Virus record (IMG/VR): IMGVR_UViG_3300050120_000230
Coordinates: 351,410 to 415,409 of that record
Reading direction: 5' to 3' (one strand)
DNA: 64,000 nucleotides
Part shown: positions 56,845-64,000 of the stretch, one piece after another
Position numbering within the stretch: position 1 is the first letter of the stretch
Layout: each line of letters opens with the position of its first letter
The notes under the pieces: generated by a model
The model's input: only the letters and a program-made list of their open reading frames with translations
What the model was told of the DNA's origin: nothing
The model's database searches: none
Made by a program: the position numbers and the translations under genes

Positions 56845-58173
56845 ATGCGTTACGAATTTCCGGCAGACATCACGCTTGACGAAGTTCGTCGCGCTGTAGC
56901 CAACGCCAACGCGCGTTTCGCGAAGAACGTGCCCCTCGACGGCTATCCGACTGATCCCGACCCGGAGTTCACCCCGGAAGAAATCGAGCAGGGCTATCGC
57001 ATTTCGACTCCGAATTTCTTCATCGAGGCCGAGCGTGGCGATCACACGATTTTCAACTATATCGTGGCGTTCGAAGGTTCCTTCCCGTCACCGACGACCG
57101 GTGAGACGGCGCTTGACCGCGAATACGCGATTCTGCGCGAGTGCCGTGGTCTAACGTTCTGCTCGACTACCGGCCGGATCATCGCGCGCAAATACGCGAA
57201 GTTCTTCAATCTGAACGAAAAGCCGGAGACGCAGGCGAACATCATCGACTGGACGCAGCCGCACGACATCCTCGAAAAGCTCGATGGCAGCATGATTACG
57301 CCGTTCTATGTCGGCGACATGGAAGAGATCACCCCGGAGAAGATTCGTTGGGCGACCAAGATGGGCCTGACCGATGTCGCCAAGCCGGTGGACGAATGGG
57401 TCGAGCAGCACCCGCACTACGCGGCGTGGGCCGCCCACACGATGTATGCCGACTTCACGCCGATCTTCGAATGGTGCTCGCGTCAGCAGCGCATCGTCAT
57501 CGACTATCCCGAAGATCGGCTGGTTCTCACGGCTATCCGCAACAACAAGACCGGCGAGTATCTGTCGCGCGAAGCCATGCTCGCGGCCGAACGGTCGGGG
57601 ATCGAGATCGTGCGGGCGCTGCCGGGCTCCGTCGAGAACATCGAAACCTTCATGCAGGAAGCCTATGATCTGGAAGGGGCCGAAGGTTACGTGGTTCGTT
57701 TCACCGATGGGCACATGCTCAAGGTGAAAGGTGCGTGGTATTGCCAAATCCACAAGACCAAGGAACTGCTGACGTTCGAGAAGGACGTGCTGTCTCTGAT
57801 CTTGGAAGATCGACTGGATGACGCCAAGGCGTTCATGGACGACCAAGATCGTGCGCGCGTGGAAGCGTTCAATGAAGCTTTCACTGCGGCCCTTATCGAG
57901 ACCGGGGAACGCCTGCGTGCCATCGCCGCCGAAGGTGCCCGTGTGACCGGTGGGGACAAGAAGAAGTTCGCCACCGAATTCATGCCGTCGCTGGCGCTCG
58001 CCGACCATGAAGCGACGATTGTCTTCCGTATCAACTCGGGTAAGGACCCGGTTGAACAAATCCGCATGACGCTCATGAAGAACGTCGGCACGCAGCCGCG
58101 TGTCAACGGCATTCGGCATCTGCTCGGCGGCCTGCGGTGGGATGCATATCGTGATCCGGTGGTTGAAGAATGA
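56845..58173 (+). CDS. RNA ligase 1 (T4 RnlA-like)
   Basis: RECRG, KFFN, EKLDGS, FE, EGYV, KVK..WY. Confidence 0.88.
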   Translation: MRYEFPADITLDEVRRAVANANARFAKNVPLDGYPTDPDPEFTPEEIEQGYRISTPNFFIEAERGDHTIFNYIVAFEGSFPSPTTGETALDREYAILRECRGLTFCSTTGRIIARKYAKFFNLNEKPETQANIIDWTQPHDILEKLDGSMITPFYVGDMEEITPEKIRWATKMGLTDVAKPVDEWVEQHPHYAAWAAHTMYADFTPIFEWCSRQQRIVIDYPEDRLVLTAIRNNKTGEYLSREAMLAAERSGIEIVRALPGSVENIETFMQEAYDLEGAEGYVVRFTDGHMLKVKGAWYCQIHKTKELLTFEKDVLSLILEDRLDDAKAFMDDQDRARVEAFNEAFTAALIETGERLRAIAAEGARVTGGDKKKFATEFMPSLALADHEATIVFRINSGKDPVEQIRMTLMKNVGTQPRVNGIRHLLGGLRWDAYRDPVVEE

Positions 58174-59246
58174 CTATCTACACCGACAAGATGCGCGGCC
58201 CCCTCGCCGGAGACCCCATTGAGCGTAGGATTTCGGAACCGGGATACGTTCAGGGGTCTTGCCTGTGGGTAGATCGCGAGCGTTACCTAGAAGTGGAAAC
58301 CGAAGTTATCGCGTGGGCCAAGATGGCTCGTGGAGACATTTTCTTTCATAATCTGGCGCCGTGGACCCTCGCGACCTCAGATCATCCTTCGCGCCCGTTT
58401 GCTGTGCCTCCGTTTTTCGGAGTAGAGTTCACCTCCGCCGAAGATTACGCCCTCTTTTCGGCCCGGTTCTATAGCTATCTGGTCAAAAACAACACCTACG
58501 AGACCCTCAGCACCCAGAAACTTGACAAGTGTGACGAACCACACCCGTCACTTCCACCGGGCTTCTGGCTAAGTTTCCCTACCGGCGTGGCTCCCCGCTC
58601 CTATTTCCTACCGAACGATATTCATTGGTTCTCGGGATCGGCGTTCGATCTCATCGTGGACATGGGCTTCGAGTTGGAACGCGGGAAGGTGAAGAACCTC
58701 ATCTCGTTCGCCAACGGTGACATCAATCTCTGGTATTATCTCTCGATGATGCCGAAGGAATGGCGCGCAGCCCTCGGCGACGAATGGATGAACTTCGTCC
58801 TCGGCCCCATGGCTGCGACACTGAAGCTCAAGGGCCTCGGATTCTCCGGCCGAGATGAGATCATCCACCCCGGTGGTCTCATGATGCTGTTCGAGGCCAT
58901 GCACCTTGAATTGGTGCCGCCCGGCAAACGCAAGAACCTTTATGAAGCTCTCATCACCCGGTTCAATGCGGAAGCCGTGTTCCATCACGGCTATCTGTCG
59001 GAAATCGAAGCCCGTGTGGCGTTCTATTCGATCCTCACTGACATTCTGGCGCCGATTTTCGACGAAGCATCGGGTGATGAACTGACTGCCATGATCGTCA
59101 AGGCGTTGGCCGACAATCCGAAGCAGGCCGAAGAAGCCAAAACGGACCCCAAGGTGGTCGGTTGGCTGATGGGACAGGTCATGCGAGCCAGCCCCACCAA
59201 ACTAGACCCCAACACCGTCCGCGCGGCGATCATCGAATTGCTGTGA
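58170..59246 (+). CDS. Protein with C-terminal GatB/Yqey-like domain
   Basis: L..NP......K..GWLMGQVMR.....DP. Confidence 0.65.
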   Translation: MTIYTDKMRGPLAGDPIERRISEPGYVQGSCLWVDRERYLEVETEVIAWAKMARGDIFFHNLAPWTLATSDHPSRPFAVPPFFGVEFTSAEDYALFSARFYSYLVKNNTYETLSTQKLDKCDEPHPSLPPGFWLSFPTGVAPRSYFLPNDIHWFSGSAFDLIVDMGFELERGKVKNLISFANGDINLWYYLSMMPKEWRAALGDEWMNFVLGPMAATLKLKGLGFSGRDEIIHPGGLMMLFEAMHLELVPPGKRKNLYEALITRFNAEAVFHHGYLSEIEARVAFYSILTDILAPIFDEASGDELTAMIVKALADNPKQAEEAKTDPKVVGWLMGQVMRASPTKLDPNTVRAAIIELL

Positions 59247-59503
59247 CGCCGACTCCTGTCCCTTCGAATGTGATTTTTGTTTCGCCTCGTTATTTTGTGA
59301 TGCGAGACCGAGAGACCGGTTTGCGACAACTCAAACCCGACATCGAACTTTGGTGTTCCAGAAATCTGCGATCCAAATGGCACTTCGAGAACGTACTCTT
59401 TGGATACGATGATCTTGGGCGGCGGGTGTTCAAGAAAGCGATTCGGTTCACCGACGACGTGGACTATCTGATCTTCAAGATGACGTGGGCTGAAAAATTG
59501 TAA
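59243..59503 (+). CDS. Small motif-family protein
   Basis: FTDDVDYLIFKMTW. Confidence 0.6.
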   Translation: MTPTPVPSNVIFVSPRYFVMRDRETGLRQLKPDIELWCSRNLRSKWHFENVLFGYDDLGRRVFKKAIRFTDDVDYLIFKMTWAEKL

Positions 59504-59832
59504 TGGATTTTCGTTTCTCTCTTCGAACACCCGGCATGTTTGTGCCACAGTCCTTGTGGCTCTCGGTCTATGACTATCCGAAATATTCGGAAGAGTTCAT
59601 CGAATGGGCGAAGGTGACTTTTCCGCAAGGGCACTCTGCGACGCTGGACGGAAAAATGGTTCGATCATCGCGCGGCGCCGGAAATCGCGGAGGATGGGAG
59701 TTCAAGCCATACTGGATGGTGTTTCATTTCGAGCGTGACTCCGAAGCGATCCTCTTCAAAATGAAGTGGGGGCATCTCGCGATCCAACCCGCCGTGAAGA
59801 AGAAAAGAGATCGTTTTGCTCTCGCTGCCTAA
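59503..59832 (+). CDS. Small motif-family protein
   Basis: FERDSEAILFKMKW. Confidence 0.6.
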   Translation: MDFRFSLRTPGMFVPQSLWLSVYDYPKYSEEFIEWAKVTFPQGHSATLDGKMVRSSRGAGNRGGWEFKPYWMVFHFERDSEAILFKMKWGHLAIQPAVKKKRDRFALAA

Positions 59833-60184
59833 GCCTTTTGGTTGGCCGAACGGCATCGGTATCTCGATGCGCGCCAGAGTGCCCGTAAACGGCTCTGTAG
59901 TGGCCGGTGTTGCCCTTGGCTTCGGATGCCCTCCCTTCATACTCCCGCGCGTTTCCGCCTGTATGGAGGCATCTGGGAGGTACGATTGCCGGGTTACCGT
60001 GAGTAGAGAGGCACTCAGCAACTTGAAAATGATTCTCGAACAACTGAACGTCGAACTGGTGATCCTTGATAAGGACGGTGGATTTCGAGATCACTCGGAC
60101 ATCGACTACAGATAGGTCGATTATCGTTGCCTAAAGGCGCTTCAGTGGTATTTTCATGGTGAGTTCCACTTGAGGGAGATCACC

Positions 60185-60574
60185 ATGCGCTTCGAAGGTT
60201 ATCACAGCGACTCGGCTCTTCCGATCAAGCGCGGCCAGAAGGTCATGATCCCGGCCGGTGTAGCCGTTCGTTCCACCAATCCGAGCCGCCCGTCCTATGT
60301 GACCAAGCGCGCGCAGATGGTCACCGTCCGTATCATCCTCCCCGGCCAAAGCGTTCCCAATCACTGGGCGCTGGGCGACAAGGACTATCGCCGCCCGCTC
60401 GAAGCCAAGGGCTTCGATTTCGCTCCGCTGGAAGCCCTCCGCGCCTCCAACAGCCCGGAATACTATAACGGCCATGTGGCCGTTTCGAACCCCATGGTCA
60501 CATGGGCTGGCGCCGGTGGCTACTGGTGCGAAGTGGACATCAATGATCTGATCGACGAGGCGGTGGCTGCGTGA
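60185..60574 (+). CDS. Hypothetical protein
   Basis: GGAG RBS. Confidence 0.6.
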   Translation: MRFEGYHSDSALPIKRGQKVMIPAGVAVRSTNPSRPSYVTKRAQMVTVRIILPGQSVPNHWALGDKDYRRPLEAKGFDFAPLEALRASNSPEYYNGHVAVSNPMVTWAGAGGYWCEVDINDLIDEAVAA

Positions 60575-60945
60575 GCGAACTTTCGCCTCATGATCTGATT
60601 GCCTCTTACGAGGGCCGTGCCGGGCTGCTGGCGCGGTGCATCTTGTTCGGGCTGGTCGAACCTGACGTAGAAATCGACCCCAACGTCATGATGACGCTTG
60701 CCTACACGATTGTGGATGAACTCCGCACCACGGCCGAAGAAACGCCCGGCCGCTTTGGCTCGCGCGCCGAAAAGGCATTGCAGTGGGCTGTTCGATCAGA
60801 CGTGGCGCCGGAAGCCGCCGCGTTCATGGTGCAAATGCTAATCAATGATCCGATGACAGGTCCGGCCTTGGCTGAAGCGGAAACCATGCAAGGCGCGGCG
60901 TGGATAGCGTTCAATGCCCAGTTCAAGGATATTCTCTTTGGATGA
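60571..60945 (+). CDS. Hypothetical protein
   Basis: GTGA coupling. Confidence 0.55.
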   Translation: MSELSPHDLIASYEGRAGLLARCILFGLVEPDVEIDPNVMMTLAYTIVDELRTTAEETPGRFGSRAEKALQWAVRSDVAPEAAAFMVQMLINDPMTGPALAEAETMQGAAWIAFNAQFKDILFG

Positions 60946-61240
60946 GTTCGAAGAGTTTGCCAAAGAGGTGAAGGCTCTCAAGAAGGTCGTTGACCTGTCG
61001 GAGCTTCGACTCTGTGAAGAGGATGTGGAACTGCATCCCCTGACCCCGAAGACGGTGGTTTTCAAGGGCGTGTGGGGCCAAACAGCCTACGTCAACAAGA
61101 TCGCGCCCATGATCGGCGAATTGGCAACCAAGGTCGTCAGCATGGGACTTCGCGAAGAAGGCATTGCGATCACCTTCAAGACCAAGCGGGACGCCAGCCT
61201 TGTTCGGCTGTTCTATCCCGGTGAGACATTGACCGCCTGA
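60914..61240 (+). CDS. Small motif-family protein
   Basis: FKTKRDASLVRLFY. Confidence 0.55.
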   Translation: MPSSRIFSLDEFEEFAKEVKALKKVVDLSELRLCEEDVELHPLTPKTVVFKGVWGQTAYVNKIAPMIGELATKVVSMGLREEGIAITFKTKRDASLVRLFYPGETLTA

Positions 61241-61563
61241 TGGAACCGCTAACTGTCGCCGTTCTCTATTCTTCTATTGAGGGTGCGACCAATCGTTCGG
61301 CTGACGACCCACCCCCGATCCTGATCCGTGGAACAACCTACGAGTATCGCTGGGAACGCCCGGTGGACATGCTGGATACCCTTGACCAGATGTATCCCAC
61401 TGTCCGTCCCTATCTCGCCGAACAACCATTCACATGGCGGGCACACTCGGGGCTAGTCTTCACCGAATTTGAACAATGGCTGATTGCGTTGTATTTTACC
61501 TTTGATCGTCCGGGTGAGGGCATCGTCTTCAAGATGTGGCACGCATCGCAAGGATTCAAATGA
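61240..61563 (+). CDS. Small motif-family protein
   Basis: FDRPGEGIVFKMW. Confidence 0.55.
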   Translation: MEPLTVAVLYSSIEGATNRSADDPPPILIRGTTYEYRWERPVDMLDTLDQMYPTVRPYLAEQPFTWRAHSGLVFTEFEQWLIALYFTFDRPGEGIVFKMWHASQGFK

Positions 61564-61844
61564 CTGCCAACAACACGTTCGAACTTTGCCGTTGCATTCT
61601 TCATCCCGACACTCGTCGAGAAGATTTGCACGACACCATGCTGCGAGTGTTCGACAACATGGACCAGAACGTCCGTAAGTTCATGCAAGAACAAAACGTG
61701 CAAGGCATCTTTACTTCGGCTGTGGTGGGCTACGATGGCGATCCCACTAAGCCCAACAAACAAGACCCAGTCTGTGCTCTTTTTTTGACTATCCCTGACG
61801 ACGCTAAGGCCATCTACTTCAAAATGTGGTTCGAAACAAAATGA
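61560..61844 (+). CDS. Small motif-family protein
   Basis: DDAKAIYFKMWF. Confidence 0.55.
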   Translation: MTANNTFELCRCILHPDTRREDLHDTMLRVFDNMDQNVRKFMQEQNVQGIFTSAVVGYDGDPTKPNKQDPVCALFLTIPDDAKAIYFKMWFETK

Positions 61845-61874
61845 AGATTGGTGATGCTCGCGTTATACTAACGC

Positions 61875-62204
61875 ATGAGTTCCCAATACATCTATGTCAT
61901 CTGTGAAGAGGTAGCCACGTCCTCGACAGTCAAGATCGGCTTTAGCGCAGACCCAGAACGGCGCCTGCGGCAATTGCAGACGGCCCAATCAAACCCTCTG
62001 GTTCTGATCCACAAGGAAGAAGTCCCGGCCGCCAGCGTGCGTGCGCTAGAGCGTCTGATCCACAAGGAATTACGGCATCGCAAGGCGCGGGGTGAGTGGT
62101 TCACGATGAGCCCGGAGGATGCTATCGCCGAGATCAAACACGCGATGATCCGCTATGGCGACATTGAAAATCTCGCGCAGAGGGTGCGGTCAAGGACCGC
62201 ATGA
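61875..62204 (+). CDS. GIY-YIG-like T5orf172/MUG113 domain protein
   Basis: YIYVI...KIG....PERRL..LQT...E..IH.......GEWF. Confidence 0.8.
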   Translation: MSSQYIYVICEEVATSSTVKIGFSADPERRLRQLQTAQSNPLVLIHKEEVPAASVRALERLIHKELRHRKARGEWFTMSPEDAIAEIKHAMIRYGDIENLAQRVRSRTA

Positions 62205-62489
62205 GAACTCGTTTACCAGATTGACGTGGCTCTTTCGGCGTTCCATAAATAGCTCATTAGTTCAGTGCATTTTGAGTGATTTCATGAGCGAGATCGATGT
62301 TGGCCATATTGTTGGCTGGGGTAGTGACATGCCCTTGTGCGACCATCTCTATTGCGAAGGTCGCGTTATGGCGAGGCACGGGGATTTCTTGGTGATCCTC
62401 AACGAGGAATTGCTGACGCGCATCACGCACGCTCAGCCGTTCACAATCCGCCGAACAGATCATGTCTGGCTCGTCGAAGGGAAGAATGA

Positions 62490-62756
62490 ATGCCACTCGG
62501 TCGATGCGACTGTTACGGCGGATGCTGGGGCGACCATTCAGTAGACTGGCCGAGCATAAAACTCTCGCTTGCTCTTATGGAAGAAGGGCGCCTGAAAAAT
62601 CCACGCTATCCCTCTTCGGCTATCGGCAACCGCATCTTGCGTGAGGCCAATGTCCCTTACGGGTGTGCAGTGGTCATGCCCGATTCGATCCGCCTTGAGA
62701 CTCCCGAGTTTTTGGCTGCGGTTCTCGACGTAATCAACGAGTTGAAGTTCGCATGA
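62490..62756 (+). CDS. Hypothetical protein
   Basis: ORF coupled to next gene. Confidence 0.4.
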   Translation: MPLGRCDCYGGCWGDHSVDWPSIKLSLALMEEGRLKNPRYPSSAIGNRILREANVPYGCAVVMPDSIRLETPEFLAAVLDVINELKFA

Positions 62757-63382
62757 TCGATCCAACAGACGTGACGAAGTTCGACCGCACAGACGCCGAA
62801 CTTGAAGAATGGTGGTTGTTCTCCACCATCGTGGCTGGGAAGACGGCAGCGACCCAATCGCGGTTGTTGAATAACTTCCTCACGCACGCGGCAAAGAACC
62901 CTCGGTTCAAAGGTGGCGAAGGCCCCTTTGAAATCGTTCGTGCTCTGTCCGTAGGGCCGAAGGCTTATGACACGGCGGGCAATCCGGTGGTGCTCGACTA
63001 CGAGCCCCGAACCCCTTTGCGAAATTACATGGAGACCGCCCACATCGGCCAATACACCCGCCTTGAGCGATGCTGGCGTGAGAGCCTGAGTCTCGATCTC
63101 CGCAATGATCCCGTGGAAGCGTTCGAGGCGATCCATGGCGTCGGACCCAAGACCGCTCGCATGTTCATCATGCATAGCCGTCCAGATCAGCGCCTAGCGG
63201 CCATTGACACCCATGTGCTCAAGCACCTAGCCGCACAGGGCCACCCGGTTCCCAAGGCCACTCCACCGGGCGGGAAATTGTATCGTGAGTTGGAAGAGAA
63301 GTTCCTCGCACTCGCAGATGCGGCCGGGGAGTCCCCGGCCGACTATGATCTGCGAGTTTGGAAGAGCTATGCGCGCGCCTGA
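62753..63382 (+). CDS. HhH-GPD family DNA glycosylase (Ogg-like)
   Basis: IHGVGPKTARMF...AAIDTHV...Y..LE..F. Confidence 0.75.
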   Translation: MIDPTDVTKFDRTDAELEEWWLFSTIVAGKTAATQSRLLNNFLTHAAKNPRFKGGEGPFEIVRALSVGPKAYDTAGNPVVLDYEPRTPLRNYMETAHIGQYTRLERCWRESLSLDLRNDPVEAFEAIHGVGPKTARMFIMHSRPDQRLAAIDTHVLKHLAAQGHPVPKATPPGGKLYRELEEKFLALADAAGESPADYDLRVWKSYARA

Positions 63383-63957
63383 ATGGCCTTGCGGAACTTA
63401 GCGAGAGAGGCTTCGGTCTCGCCCATCTTGGCCGCCCATTCCGGGTAGAGCAGGCAAGCTTCGTCATACGGGCGCCGTTCGCAGCCGAGAATGATGTCCT
63501 TGAACCGGTTGGCAAAGATGTCGAACGACGGCATCTTCATCGTGTTCAGCGGAATCTTTTCGACGGAAAGCATTCGCTTGGCGATGGCGATGGGGATGAC
63601 GATGTCCAGAAGGGATTGCAGCCCTTCGATGGTCAGGGTGTCCGCCTTGAGACGCCCGTCGAATAGGTCGCTCACTTGATAATGCGCTTCGCGCGTCTCT
63701 TCACCGACGAAGTTTTCCATCACGTAGGCCAGCAGAACGTCTGCGTCGGTCGTGAGTTGGGCGTGCATGGTAGTGACCCGCGCCGGATAGATACGGCGGC
63801 CATCGACACCCCATGACACTGCACGGGGTGTCGGCGCGATCTTGCCGGTACGTTCGAGATATTTCTGGGCCGACGCCTGCACCAGTTCGCGACAGCGCAG
63901 GTTCTTGGCGTAGAGGTCTTGCTGAAGCTTGATCGCCATGGCGTAGCGACCCAGCAC
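63367..63957 (-). CDS. Hypothetical protein (may extend beyond the window)
   Basis: ORF near window edge. Confidence 0.5.
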   Translation of the reverse strand: MLGRYAMAIKLQQDLYAKNLRCRELVQASAQKYLERTGKIAPTPRAVSWGVDGRRIYPARVTTMHAQLTTDADVLLAYVMENFVGEETREAHYQVSDLFDGRLKADTLTIEGLQSLLDIVIPIAIAKRMLSVEKIPLNTMKMPSFDIFANRFKDIILGCERRPYDEACLLYPEWAAKMGETEASLAKFRKAIQARA

Positions 63958-64000
63958 CGGGTCAGCCAGTGCTTCGGTGCTAACGGAGACGGTCGTGCCG

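Overview
This 64-kb window is part of a large T4-like (jumbo) phage genome, probably infecting an alphaproteobacterium. Support: dense small ORFs on both strands, TAAATA late-type promoters, phage-type topoisomerase II, a T4 Rnl1-like RNA ligase, a gp23-like fragment and an alphaproteobacterial-type tRNA-His. It carries many translation and proteostasis genes: partial GluRS, a minimal HisRS, a second class II aaRS-like core, bS21, Smr, an RlaP-like nucleotidyltransferase, ClpX/ClpP/ClpS and about 18 tRNA or tRNA-like genes in three clusters. The best candidate for an undescribed system is a leader-peptide attenuator in front of the main tRNA operon. A 31-aa uORF missing from the ORF track (29563-29468, minus strand) has 14 consecutive Ser/Tyr/Cys/His codons, including all six Ser codons. 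It is followed by an antiterminator and two tandem terminators, then an operon whose readable tRNAs are only Ser, Tyr, Cys and His, plus the mini-HisRS. This looks like a sensor that switches on backup tRNAs when host tRNAs are depleted or cleaved. A second leader of similar layout (M-T-Y-Y-amber plus two terminators) precedes the region ending in long-anticodon-arm tRNA-like genes and an amber-suppressor tRNA. Also present are two structured ncRNA candidates (about 700 and 200 nt) and a family of over 20 small proteins sharing an F-x3-4-(D/E)A-x2-FK(L/M)-x-W motif. All calls come from reading the sequence; no database searches or folding programs were run.
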